From: Octopus sinensis
Lineage: Eukaryota
Length of the DNA: 64,000 nucleotides
Direction: 5' to 3'
Assembly (NCBI RefSeq): GCF_006345805.1
Contig: NC_043003.1
Location: 99,386,001-99,450,000 of the forward strand
Positions 1 through 12,400 of this stretch are shown here, piece by piece. Each line of letters opens with the position of its first letter. Within the stretch, counting starts at the first letter, position 1. The notes under the pieces were generated by a model, which saw only the letters and a program-made list of their open reading frames with translations, was not told the origin of the DNA and ran no database searches. Both the position numbers and the translations under genes were made by a program.

Positions 1-810
1 ATCCATCCAGCTAGCCATCTGCATTTTATCACCAGATTAGCAATATGCACTTGGAAAGATGTATCATTGCTCATGTCAATGCCCAGGTCACGCACTGATT
101 TTGACTCAGGGATTGCGATTCTTCCTGGGCCAGTGTATCCAGTCTTCACGTCATTTACCTTTGTGTGCCAGTAACGCAGGGCCTGGAACTTACCTGCATT
201 AAACTGCATGTTGTTGTCCTCAGCCCACCTGTATATTGTGTCCAGCTCGTGTTGCAGATGCGCAATATTTTCAGGGTTTTGTATTGCGTGGGAGACTTTT
301 GTGTCATCTGCATAGCTAGCAAGGGTGGTCATCGTAGCAACTGAAGGCATGTCTGAAAGGGCCACTATGAACAGCAGTGGCCCCAAGACAGTGCCCTGTG
401 GGACACCGCTTGTTATTTGCGTTTCCTTGGAGGTGGCTCCATTGCTCACAACTGCCTGTTTTCTGTCTTTTAGGAAGTTGTGCAGCCACTCTCCAAGTTT
501 TCCGCCTATGCCGAGACCACGCAGTTTGTGACAGATCATACCATGGTCGACTTTATCAAAGGCTTTTGCAAAGTCGAGATATATTACATCCACATTTGAG
601 CCATTTAGTAGCTGTTTCAACACCCAGTCATAGTGTTGCAGGAGCTGTGTTAGGCAGCCTCTACCTGGTCGAAATCCATGCTGGGTGTCTGACAGCAAGT
701 CATTTTCTTCAAGGAACATGATTAGTTTCTTACGGACTATTCGTTCCATGACTTTGCTGATGTGTGAGGTCAGAGAGATAGGCCTATAATTTTTAGCATC
801 TGCTCTGCTA
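1..810 (-). mobile_element. CR1/L2-group LINE reverse-transcriptase fragment (runs off window start)
   Basis: Minus strand translates to QHGFRPGRGCLTQLL, YLDFAKAFDKVDH, SGVPQGTVLGPLLF, YADDTK, NNMQFNAGKFQ: canonical non-LTR RT motifs. Confidence 0.9.
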
Positions 811-816
811 CCTCCC

Positions 817-918
817 TATATATATATATATAGGTATATACATATATAATACATACATACATATATATATAAATAAATATATGCATAAATACATAAATAT
901 ATACATATACATACATAC

Positions 919-990
<72 letters not shown>

Positions 991-1089
991 ATATATACTC
1001 ATACATAGAAGTATATATAAATGAATGTACAGATATATATATTTATACATATGTATATGTATATGTATATGTATATTTATATCTGTTTA

Positions 1090-1155
<66 letters not shown>

Positions 1156-1188
1156 ATATATATATATATATATATACATATATATGTA

Positions 1189-1229
<41 letters not shown>

Positions 1230-1260
1230 ATCTATATATATAAATACACAACACACATAT
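817..1260. repeat. Compound (TA)n/(CT)n/(GT)n microsatellite
   Basis: Directly visible; source of YIYI/CVCV artefact ORFs. Confidence 0.95.
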
Positions 1261-1477
1261 ATACTTATATACTCACATACATACCAATGTACAAAAACGA
1301 TGCCTTTCGTCCTGACTCACACGAACACACGCGATATATGCGCGTCCATCAAACAAGCATGTTTTCATAGGTGAAAGAAGCGCGGAAAGAATTCTCACTT
1401 TATGCACAATTACATATATAACTAATTAGCAATTAGCTTCTTCTCATCACAATTACAGTAATATGAAAATGATGTGA

Positions 1478-2062
1478 TACACATGCATGCATACACACAT
1501 GCATACATACACACATACATGCATACATATATACATACATGCATGCATACATACACACATACATGCATACATACATACATACATACATACATACATACAT
1601 ACATACATACATGCATACATACATACATACATGCATACATGCATACATACATACATGCATGCATGCATACATACATACATACATGCATACATATATACAT
1701 ACATGCATACATACATACATACATACATACATGCATACATACATACATGCATGCATGCATACATACATACATACATACATACATACATACATGCATACAT
1801 ACATACATACATGCATACATACATACATACATACATGCATACATACATACATACATAATACATACATACATGCATGCATGCATACATACATACATACATA
1901 CATGCATACATACATACATACATGCATACATACATACGTACATACATACATGCATGCATGCATACATACATACATACATGCATACATACATACATACATG
2001 CATACATACATACATACATACATACATACATGCATGCATGCATACATACATACATACATGCA

Positions 2063-2096
<34 letters not shown>

Positions 2097-2234
2097 CATA
2101 CATGCATGCATACATACACACATACATGCATACATACATATATACATACATACATGCATGCATACATACACACATACATGCATGCATACATATATACATA
2201 CATACATGCATGCATACATACACACATACATGCA

Positions 2235-2268
<34 letters not shown>

Positions 2269-2278
2269 CATACATGCA

Positions 2279-2312
<34 letters not shown>

Positions 2313-2570
2313 CATACATGCATGCATACATACATACATGCATACATACATACATACATACATACATACATACATACATACATACATACATACATACATG
2401 CATACATACATACATGCATACATATATACATACATGCATGCATGCATACATACATACATACATACATACATACATACATACATACATACATACATACATG
2501 CATACATACACACATACATGCATACATACATACATGCATGTATACACATACATACATTCACATACACACA
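1478..2570. repeat. ~1.1 kb (CATA)n microsatellite with CATG/TATA/CACA variant units
   Basis: Directly visible; explains all MYVC/HTYI ORFs of 260-430 aa. Confidence 0.97.
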
Positions 2571-3103
2571 TGTATATGTTGTGTGTGTGTGTGTGTGTGT
2601 GTGTGTACGTGCGCGTGTGTTATGTAAATGTACATGTATGTGTATGTATATATGTAAATTGAACATGTTTTTCAAGAGTGGATGTATAACACGTTCAGAT
2701 CCCATGTCCTATTTCTTGGTCACCACACCTGGAATTACTATGACGTAGGCGAAAATATCTCATTAGATGAGACGCGTTCCTAATTAGAATTTGCATCGGA
2801 AATAAATTGAAATTGTGTAGCTTCTAAATTACATACACACGCACACAGATATATATATATATATATACATGCAAACATACTTGTACACATAGACATTATT
2901 TATATTCACATATAAAGAAGTACGCGCGCGCGCACACACACAAACAGACACACACACATATATACATGTATGTGTATGTGTGTGTTTTGTTTATTTTGTC
3001 TATGCACTTATTAACTGTAGGATTACCGCAGGGTAAACTCCCTTTAAGACGTCGAGTGTTATAAAACACTGAATACTTCAAAACAGGGGAGCCAGCTCGC
3101 CCC

Positions 3104-3198
3104 GTAGGTGAAGGAGAATGATGGATATCAATACTTCGCTGTTATTTCAGCTTATCGGCATTGTATACCCGAGTCATATTGAAACGAATTGGTGCTGC
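3104..3198 (+). ncRNA. Decayed hammerhead-like motif
   Basis: gtag-GTGAAGG-agaatga...tcatatt-GAAA-cgaattgGTG-ctgc: hammerhead topology but core diverged at 2 positions. Confidence 0.3.
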
Positions 3199-3371
3199 TA
3201 GTTTGAGGTATATATGCAAATATAGTAGAAGTAAAATGTGTTTTTTTTATATCTATTACGTCTTGTTTATATATAAAAATATAATTTAATATTAAACTGA
3301 TAAATTATCTTATTTTTTAATAGATTACATGTTTATTAAACTGTTAAAAGAAGTGGAAGGATTTTAAATTG

Positions 3372-3407
3372 GAAGTTTCGGCCTCTTAGCCTTCGTCCAA
3401 CAGAAAA
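3372..3407 (-). ncRNA. Decayed minimal hammerhead-like motif
   Basis: rc: ctgttGGACGA-A-ggc-taagag-gcc-GAAAC; similar layout to 58686-58723. Confidence 0.3.
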
Positions 3408-3545
3408 CTACAAAAGCTACTCGGGGCACGCGTGTTTCGTGCATGACACATAATGGGAGACACTGGTTAAGAATTGTTTTGAGTTTTATTTCTAGCAATG
3501 TTGGCACTTACTAGCACCCTCCGTCATTTTAGTGACGATTAAACT

Positions 3546-3594
<49 letters not shown>

Positions 3595-3602
3595 ATAATA
3601 GG

Positions 3603-3885
3603 AATAATAATACTCGGATGGAATTTTACAAATATTCTAATGCACTGCTACGCGTGTTTGTACGAATCAAGTTTCTTAAGATTATAGTTCGTGTTCCTGA
3701 GATGATTATCGTGCCCCAGCATGAATGCACGATCAAGATCTACCCAATGTCCATGGATTCTACGTACTGCACTTTAATTGTACCAGGAATACGGACTATG
3801 ATCTTAAGAAACAAGTGATTTGTGGAAACACGCGTAGTGATGCATTTAAAATATTTATGAATTCTATCCAAGGATTATTGTTATT
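3603..3885 (+). repeat. Imperfect ~100-bp inverted repeat (rod-like hairpin element)
   Basis: 3603-3699 pairs with 3785-3885; inner hairpin atcgtgc/gcacgat at 3708-3733. Confidence 0.8.
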
Positions 3886-3899
3886 ATTTATTGTCTTTG

Positions 3900-4394
3900 C
3901 ACAGCTTCTAACACTGGAGATGTACTACGGTGCCAGCTAATAACTACCAGTGGACTAAGGTAACACTCCTTATTTTCCGAGCACCTTCCTGAGTATTCGA
4001 GCGGTTACAAGCAGTACTGTTTTCTGCAAGTGCTCCACCCTTATTGCAGCCCCTATTCGTTTCATGTACTTCTCAAGATTTTTACTCACTGTTCCCAGGG
4101 CTCAGACAATTATTGGTACTACTACCACCTTTTTCATCGATCACAACTGCTTAACCTCCCAAGCTAACCTATCATATCTCTCGACTTTTCTTTCTTCTTT
4201 ATCGCATACCTTGTTGTCAGCTGGGCATGCTATATCTATGATCCAGAATCGTTTGCTTTATTTCTCAATTAACACTATGACTGGCTTCCTATTTTTCTAT
4301 CTCATGGTCGCATGAATCATAAAATCCTATAGGATCTTTGCATTATCATTTTCGATGATGCCTTCGGGTTTATTTTCGTACCACTTTTTTGCCG
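3900..4394 (-). mobile_element. R4/Dong-type LINE 3' fragment (restriction-like endonuclease end)
   Basis: rc gives WIIDIACPAD..., VVVPIIV*ALGTV, LQKTVLLVTARILRKVL*; abuts (TTA)n. Confidence 0.75.
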
Positions 4395-4421
4395 ATTATT
4401 ATTATTATTATTATTATTATT

Positions 4422-4454
<33 letters not shown>

Positions 4455-4539
4455 ATTATTATTACTATATTTATTCTACATTGTATTGTCACAGCTCGGC
4501 GCGACTCCTCCAAAACTGGTATCACCATATATATATAAA

Positions 4540-5560
4540 CTAAACCTCAAAAGAAACATTGCACACATTCTAAATAGAAACCGTTTATTAACAGACTGCC
4601 ATAGAATTGCTTGACGTTATTTCCTAATGACAAAACATCATTTCCTGAAACATATTTGACGTTGCATGGTGTCACGTGATGACGGAATGTTCTGGATCCA
4701 AAGCGATGAACTCAATATCTCGGGTGACCACCGTTAGCGTTGATTACTACCAGACATCTTTTGTATATTGGATGCATCAAGCGATTGATGAATGCATGCT
4801 TGCTACGTTCAGGAAACGAATTTATTTTATTTTGACCACATAAGTCTTGCATAAAGGGTACAACACAAGGACAGATAAAAGCAGTGTGTTGTGCTGCAGT
4901 TGTCGGCCTTGAACGGATGTCATTTAGCCTTCTTTTAATTTCGTCCTACAGGTGCTCTATGGGTTGCATGTCAGGGAAGGCTATGGTAGTGTCTGGATGT
5001 TATACTGTTGGAGTAAGTCTGTTGTCAACTTGGCAGTATGGGCACGGGTGTTGTCGTGCTGGAACACGTAATTCCAATGACGGAAAAAGTATGACACTAT
5101 GTGAAGCCTCAAAACTTGGTCGATGTAGCGAGTAGCGATTCCTCCATTGCCCCGGCCTTGGCCGATGTTTTGAAAGACCACTGGTCCAAGTTTCTGGTTG
5201 AGTGCAATCCCGCCCCATACCATGACGCTCTGTCCTCCCCATGAGTCTCTCTCCGCCACACAGATAGCTCCACAGAAATGCAATATCAACTTTCGTCAGA
5301 GAAGACTACAGTCCCCCACTGCTGATACCACCAGTTTCGATGTTTCTGAGCCCACTACAGATGTACTCGTCGATGACGATCTGTGAGGATGGAGCCCCTA
5401 ACCGGACGTCGACAAGACAAATTGAAAGATCTCAGCCGGCGGTGAACTGTCTCTGCACAAATTGGTCTGTGGTGAGTCCATATGGTCTGCCTAGCTGATT
5501 CCGTGGTCGTTGATCAGCTTGGCTTGTCCCTTCTGATTTCATGTCAGTCTTGGCATGCTT
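4540..5560 (-). mobile_element. Degenerate Tc1-like transposase
   Basis: MPRLT* start near 5558; GGQSVMVWGGI, YVFQHDNTRAHTA, C-terminal RCLVVINANGGHPRY*. Confidence 0.85.
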
Positions 5561-5640
5561 GCTACGTTCAGAAAACGAATTTATTATATTTTGACCACAT
5601 ATGTCTTGCATAGAGGGGATAACACAAGGACAGACAAAAC
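4795..5640. repeat. ~85-bp direct repeat pair (4795-4880 and 5555-5640)
   Basis: gcatgcttgctacgttcagRaaacgaattt...ttgaccacatawgtcttgcata...aacacaaggacaga occurs twice. Confidence 0.85.
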
Positions 5641-7445
5641 ACGTAAGTGGGAAAAAAGTAAAAAACGAATGGGAAAATGGTAATGATTAATGAAAATGGA
5701 ACGACGGCTGCCCGAAACCCCATCTTCCGAGCGAACACATTAAACTTATTTTATACCAATTTTTTCACTGGGACTTTTAATTCTTTTAGTCGTAATTTAA
5801 AGTGGTGATGCTTGAGGGCTCTCGAGATCCCTCATCCCGGGCGACCGCATTACTTACACCACCTTACCAGTTACGACTTTCTTTTCCCCTTTTGTTTCCC
5901 TTTTGTCCGGTATTCCCTCGTCAACTTTCGATAAGTTCTTTGAAGTCTCAGTACTACAAACAGTGGCACAACTCTTGTCACAGGGTGGGGACTGGGGGGA
6001 TTTGTAACTTTTGTCTGTTAATAAATATTTTTGTATGGATGCAGTTGGGTTCAGTATTGGGTAGGGTTAGGCGGAGGTTGGTGTCTGAGGGGTAGGGCGG
6101 GACAAAATGAGGCAGGGTGGTATCGGGGTGGCAAGAGGATGAGAGTCTTCATTTCCTTCGCTCCCCATATCCAATAACCTTCCAAAAGATTTCTTTAGGG
6201 TTGAGATCGGGACAATGAGGTGACCAGTCCATGAGGTCAACCCCCTCATCACTCAAAAGATCTTTGACTCTCTTCGCAGTGTGACAGGGAGCGTTGACCT
6301 GCACGAAGATAGGAGGTTGAACTGACTAAGATTGGAGATGTGGAAAGGCATGCTGTCTAAGAATCTTTCTCCTTTTCCTATTTCTCTTTACCATTTTCCA
6401 TGATTCCTCCGCTTCATCGTCCGATTCATGACTGTTCTTTACTGCTCTCTCCCTCTGGCTATGACTCTGACTCCAACATGGGTAGATATGCGGTCCTCAC
6501 TAGTACTGGTACTTTTGAAGGGGGTGGAGGGCAATCCGTCTTTATGTGGCCTTTGCGGCCACATTTAAAGTATCTTGGCTTCCTGCCCTCCACCATCACC
6601 CTTAGTCTTCTCTCTTTCCAAGGCTTTGCCCTAGCCAGTTCCAGGTGGGAACTCTCTCGACCTGGAGGATTGTCACCTTCTCTTCCAGGTCTAATATCAT
6701 CGCTACAATCAGCCAGGCCACCTCCACTTCCGATGGTATTTCCTTCACTCTCACCCTAGAAGCACGCTTTCCAAAGTAAGAAAGAAGGGGGATAATTTTG
6801 TCCGAAGGCAAGGTGGCCACGGAGTGTTGCCTGGCATTTACCTCAGTGGAAAATCTTACCTCCACTGTTGCATATTACCTCAACTGTTGCATATTTGGTA
6901 CCCCTAGCTAGGTAAGATATATCCGACCAGATAGGTGCCAATCACTCTTTCACTTATATTTTATCTACTACGTCGATTTTCTTTTCTTTCATACTGTAAG
7001 TCTTAAAAATTACAGTTCTTCTTTCAGTACACTGTGATACTTCGCTGGGAGACCAATCCTTCTTCATAAAAGCAGTGTATTTTTTCAGGTTTTGAAAACT
7101 CATCTTTTCCTTCGCTACGCCGGCCATAGCCGCAAAACTCTTTGCTTTTTTCCTCGTTATCCTTTTCTTTCTCCTTCGCCAACTCCTCCACCATGCTGAT
7201 TACCCACCTTAATAATTCTTCCTCTGATGTATCTATGTCTGACATTAACATAACAACGTTTCCCCCTTCAATCAAAAGGGCAACGGTAACAAGTCCGCCA
7301 CAAGCAGACAACAAGGTGTTTAAACACATACAACAATAGTTCAATAATTTTCAACAATTTCAACAATTTGCAATACTTAATAAAAGGTAAAAATGCTACT
7401 AACCGTAATAATCAGCACAAAAGTGAGGTGAAGGAATGAGAAGCT
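5580..7445 (-). mobile_element. Decayed ORF1-only (zinc-knuckle) retroelement, homologous to 13410-15130
   Basis: rc: RGTKYATVEVRFSTEVNARQHSVATL...SYFGKRASRVRV...RVMVEGRKPRYFKCGRKGHIKTDCP; tail gtccttgtgttatcccctct...ggtcaaaatataataa; no EN/RT between knuckle and tail. Confidence 0.7.
6160..6367 (-). mobile_element. Internal Tc1 transposase fragment of the same family as 8980-9187
   Basis: Shares e.g. tcatcactcaaaagatctttgactctcttcgcagtgtgacagggagcg with ~9068-9116; no TIRs. Confidence 0.85.
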
Positions 7446-7740
7446 GGTAAATTTGGGTGCCTTTTACACACAATGAGTCAACAATTTGAATGTGTATCAT
7501 GCTTTTCATAAAGATGCGTTCGCGAGTATTAACATGTTCACGAAAAGTGAGCGAGTTCCAACCCTACATGCAATCTTTGTGTTTTCAAAAGGGAGTGGTT
7601 TTGTGGGTCGGTGACACCTTCTTGATGTCAAATTACCTAGAAATGTGATAAAATCCATATAACCTCAATATCGTGTGTGAATCAAATAATCTTTTGCAGT
7701 GCGATGTTTCTTTTGTAGTTCAGTATATATATATGAGATG

Positions 7741-7810
7741 GCCAGATAACCGAAGAGATAGCGTTGTGGATTTCCACCTCGGCATCCGAAACTCAGAATT
7801 TTATCTTGGC
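7741..7810 (+). ncRNA. Type I hammerhead motif in solo Penelope-like pLTR (7736-7912)
   Basis: Stem I GCCAGATAA/TTATCTTGGC, core CCGAAGA, stem II, CGAAAC-TCAGA-ATT; same family as 20052-20218. Confidence 0.7.
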
Positions 7811-7914
7811 TACTGAGTAATTGTCACATATTATTTTACAGATAAATTTCCTCTATTTACATAATATTGAGGTCTCTTTCTTTCTTTTGTTATCTTACCG
7901 TTTTTATCAATATG

Positions 7915-7945
<31 letters not shown>

Positions 7946-7999
7946 CAGAATGAGATAAAAATCCATGGCTGTAAAAGATTTCAGAACATTTATAAAGAG

Positions 8000-8047
8000 G
8001 TCTTACAGCTGTTTCCGGGATATTTTATATATCCCTTCGTCGGAGAC
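8000..8047 (-). ncRNA. Type I minimal hammerhead motif
   Basis: rc: gtct-CCGACGA-A-gggatat-ataaa-atatccc-g-GAAA-cagct-GTA-agac; palindromic stem III ACAGCTGT. Confidence 0.75.
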
Positions 8048-8826
8048 GGTGTGAGAAAATGGTTAAGCAATAGTTATTCTAGAGAAGATATGAAATAAAG
8101 AGTGAAGTGGAGGAATGAAAACAGATGTGAGATATGCGGGGATATTGCATCAGCAGTTTCATTATTTAGGCAGAATGGTATACATATAATTTTCCTGTAC
8201 CTTGTGTATAAGTTCCAATAGTATTTAAAATTTGTCATTCCAAGTATAGAGTTTGTACAAGGTGTTACTGAATCGAAGTTTTTTTTTAAGTGACTTAAAA
8301 GTTGGGAATGTGTTTGTAAAGTCAAATCAGAAACAGGAAGAGAAGAAAAATGGCTGGGAGAGAGATAATAAAGAAATGAAGAGAGGGAAAGTGTACTGGG
8401 AAGTCGTCAGTCAAGATAAATTGATAGAAGGAATGGGGAGGTTAGGATGATAGAGAGAGAAAAAGATATGAGAGTGTAAAAAGATGAGAGGGTAAAGAGT
8501 AAAGGAGTGTCAGGTGTGTAGTGATAGAGCCTAAGTGAAGGGCAGAGAAAGGGGCGTATGGGTAGTAAAATGGTGGAATGAAGAATTTAAGGGTCAGTAA
8601 GAACAAGTGTATTGAAATATTTATTATAGAAGATTATCAAAACGTTGAGACTAGATATTTTACATATATTTAGATATATCTAATATCTAGCTTTCGTAAA
8701 AATTTCAAGTGATTGGAATAGATATTCCGTAAGTTATGAGGAGATAAATAATCTTCCAAACTGCGACGGCCAAAAGTTGAGGGTCCAATGAAAAATGGAA
8801 CAAAAACAAAAAAGAAACCCTTACTA

Positions 8827-9804
8827 TTAATATTTTGTGAATATCCCTTTACTATGAATGACTTCCTGACATCTGTTACCACAAGACTGAATTAATTTCT
8901 TGAAAAAGGATGGAGTAATATTGTTCCATTCGTTTCTCAATAATTCCCAGAGTTCATGTTGTTCTTTTTTAATTCTCCTTTCTGCCCCATCTCCAATAAC
9001 CTTCAAACCGTTTTCTACAGGGTTGAGATCGGAACTTTGAGGTGAGCAGTCCATAAGATCAACCCCTTCATCACTCAAAAGATCTTTGACTCTCTTCGCA
9101 GTGTGACAGGGAGCGTAAACCTGCACGAAGATAGGAGATTGAACTGACTAGGATTGGAGATGTGGAAGGACATGCTGTCTAAGAATCTGCTTGTAGATGT
9201 CAGCATTGACAGTCCCTTGTAGGTGAATAAGTGAACCAGGACCAGCAGCAGAGATCACTCCCCATACCATTACACTGCCTCCTCCATATTTCACAGTCTT
9301 CTTCACACATGCCACTTCTTCGTCGGACGTACATCTCGCCATCGGAACCAATCACATTAAACTTCCATTCACCGCTAAAATGAACCTGCGACCACTGTTC
9401 TTCTGTTCAAACGACATGTTCGTGAGCTAAACGAAGACAGGCACTTTGATTCTTCTTGGAGATCAGAGGCTTTTTGCCGGTGTCCGAGAAAACAGTCCAG
9501 AACCTCGTAACCTCCGAGAAACTGTTTTGCACGATACGTTGACTTCAGAAGTGGAATTAAATTCGCGGGATATCTCAGCAGCACTCTTAAACCTTTTCTT
9601 CAGTGACATTCTAACCATAATATGATCCTGTCTTGGTGAAGTTTTATGAGGTCTACCGGTTATGGGTTTAGCATCTGTCGATCCTGAAGACTTAAAATAA
9701 GCTACAATACTTCTAAACCTTTCTACAATAGTTGCTATCACAGAATTTGACTTGCCCTCTTGGTGAAGGCACACAATCCTTTGTTTTTCATCACTGGGCA
9801 CCAA
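8827..9804 (-). pseudogene. Tc1 transposase, fragmented
   Basis: HTH region (GRPHKTS), VKYGGGSVMVWGVIS, APCHTAK, SPQSSDLNPVENG, IHSKGIFTKY*. Confidence 0.9.
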
Positions 9805-9907
9805 TTATCTCTCACAAGCCGCCATGTTGACAAATGAATGCTCCAATAATGTAAGATCATAAGAAGTAACTGTTAGCCCACTAACAGTCTTCTAAACAAC
9901 AAATACT

Positions 9908-10225
9908 TCGAGTAGTAGTTAATTTTTTTCTAAGTGACCCTTAACTTTTGGCCGCTGCAATTTAGAAGATTGTTTGTTTATTTCCTCGAAATATTTATTT
10001 CATTCACTTGAAATTTTCACGAAAGATAGATATTGGATATATGTATAAAATATTTAATCTCGAGTAGTAGTTAATTTTTTTCTAAGTGACCCTTAACTTT
10101 TGGCCGCTGCAATTTAGAAGATTGTTTGTTTATTTCCTCGAAATATTTACGAAATATTTATTTCATTCACTTGAAATTTTCACGAAAGATAGATATTGGA
10201 TATATGTATAAAATATTTAATCTCA
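9908..10225. repeat. ~152-bp tandem duplication covering the inner part of the right TIR
   Basis: tcgagtagtagttaatttttttctaagtgaccc...aatatttaatc repeated at ~9908 and ~10059. Confidence 0.9.
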
Positions 10226-10346
10226 ACGTGTTGTTAATGTTCTATGGTAACTATTTCAATACACTTGTTCTTACTTACCCTTATATTACTGCCGCTACTG
10301 CATATGTATGTCTCTTCTATCTTTTAATTATTATAAATCTTCCACT

Positions 10347-11240
10347 GAGGAGGGAGCCGGTTTCCAACAAAGATACAAGGCTCCATCTTTGGGATGTAGT
10401 TAACACAGATAAATTCACATTTGGAACTTGAGAAAAGTCTTGCATATTTTTGCTGTTCCACTCACAGATTGGATTTGTAATGTACGAATGAGACGGTCAA
10501 TTTCTCTTTCAGAAAATCCCAGTTTATCCAGATTCTTCTTTCAGCATTTACTAACAAAACCTAGTGCTCCAATTATTATTAGTATGAATATAAATTCATA
10601 ATCTGAATATAGAAGCTGGAGGTTTCGAAGCAGTTGTCCATAGATATCCTCTTTTTCTTTGATGTTCAAAGAGATATTTGTATCTGCAGGGCAGCTAACC
10701 TCTATGATGGTACATACCTTTGCCCCTCTGTCCCAAACAACAATATCCGGCCTGTTACGCTTACATTTGGCAGAAGTTTTGGTGGGAATATTCCACTAGT
10801 ATTCCTAGAGTTGGTTTTTATGAATGTATTCTCTAACAGAAGGATTTTCTAAGTTTATTTCAAGACAGTCTTTTTTGCGGATGTAAATTATTTTAGCAAC
10901 AACATCGTGCCGCACAGGGAGGCAGTACCATGACGACATTTTAGGACAGCTGCTAATCACATTCGTGATGTCTTCCACGGTAACATGACAGCCTACACAT
11001 GCGGTTGCACCTGGAACTACAAGAGCGTCACTGTGTCTTTTGTTCACCAGGTACTTTGTGGAAATCTCCTGTTCATGGGTTGCAAGCGCACACCCCTCAA
11101 AGTGTGATGTGATGTAGTAGTCTTGTGTCCAAGACTAGCTTCGTGTCAATTCGACTGTCTTCTTCAAGCTTCCGGGCAACATACCCATGCATGGTCTTTT
11201 TTTGTAAGCTGAGTGCTTTCCATCCAGATCTTCTCTGATA
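10347..11240 (-). mobile_element. R4/Dong-type LINE 3' fragment
   Basis: CVGCHVTVEDITNVISSCPKMS...RHDVVAK zinc-knuckle-like motif; NRPDIIV; IIIGALG. Confidence 0.75.
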
Positions 11241-11915
11241 TCACACACACACACACATACATACGTACGTACGTACGTACGTACGTACGTACGTATGTAT
11301 GTATGTATGTATGTATGTATGTATGTATGTATGTATGTATGTATGTATGTATGTGTGTGTGTGTGTCTGTGTGGTATTTTGCTATATGTATTGGGTTTTC
11401 AGTTCTCATTCAGTTTCAGTAATCGCCAGAAAGGCCACCCACAAAAAAATCAGTATGAAAAGACATAACCCCACCGCAAAAAATGCAAACACACACACAC
11501 ACAATTATTCCACACCGGCACATGTACTGATACAACACAAAGAAAATAAAGAAAATAATACCAAAAACACATCACCACCACAACCAAACCTGCCACTTCA
11601 GTGTTACAAACAAAAAAACAACAGAGTAGATGAACGAAATGGAAAAACATTACAAAAATGAAACAACAAAAATAGAATTATTTGAAAAACACACTCACAA
11701 AATATCTAAAGGCAGATTATTAATAAACGTCAAGTGAGATTTATTATACCCGCTTGGACAACATCCCCATGAGTATTGGAATTTATAGAAAATCTGTAAA
11801 CAAAACATTATTGCAAGTGCCTATCGAGGGACACCCTCTTGGAAATGAACCCAGACCACCCATCATTCGCGATGACGAAGGTGAGTAACTTCTCCCTCTA
11901 TTTAATCCAATAAAC

Positions 11916-12400
11916 ATGGTACCACTCAGAGTAGGATGTATAAATGCATGTGGTCTGGGGTCAGCTTGGGAACGAAGTTACTTGCTCAATGTTCTACCTC
12001 CGACCAGTTGGCTTATATTTGATAATCATTATTTAAACCAAAATTTCTAGAACGCACTCTCCTCTGCACATTTTTGACGACTTTAAGGTATGCTCGTCTT
12101 GTAGTCTGATTGGATCTGGCGGTTGAGTAGCAGAGCTTTTCCGGAAAGAATTAAGTTTAGAAGTACAAACGATCTTCCTGATTTCGATAGGTAAATTGGT
12201 GACATTAGACGTGAATGACAGTAAATGCAGTACCTTCAGACTAGTGACCGTCTATGTACCCGCCGGGACAGGGTGGCCAGACTTTTTTTTAGCTGTCTAG
12301 AAACCTTCCTGGGATCAGCTCACTCTTTAGTTCTGACGTAGAATTGGAATGGAATTTTAAACGCACGAAGGGATTACGGTTAACCCATAGAAGGGGATGC
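11916..12400 (+). pseudogene. Tx1/L1-like ORF2 AP-endonuclease fragment (likely preceded by decayed ORF1 end from ~11400)
   Basis: MVPLRVGCINACGL...GKLVTLDV...FRLVTVYVP...LVLT*NWNGIL matches APE motifs (NxxGL, VYAP, GDWN). Confidence 0.7.

Larger units (their letters stand above)
8590..10281 (-). mobile_element. Tc1-like transposon with ~195-bp imperfect TIRs and TA target duplication
   Basis: TA|AGGGTCAGTAAGAACAAGTG...CACTTGTTCTTACTTACCCT|TA; TIRs ~8590-8786 and ~10088-10281. Confidence 0.85.

Noticed and set aside
1422-2748. Long ORFs of MYVC/HTYI repeats in many frames
   Set aside because: Translation of (CATA)n, which lacks stop codons; not genes
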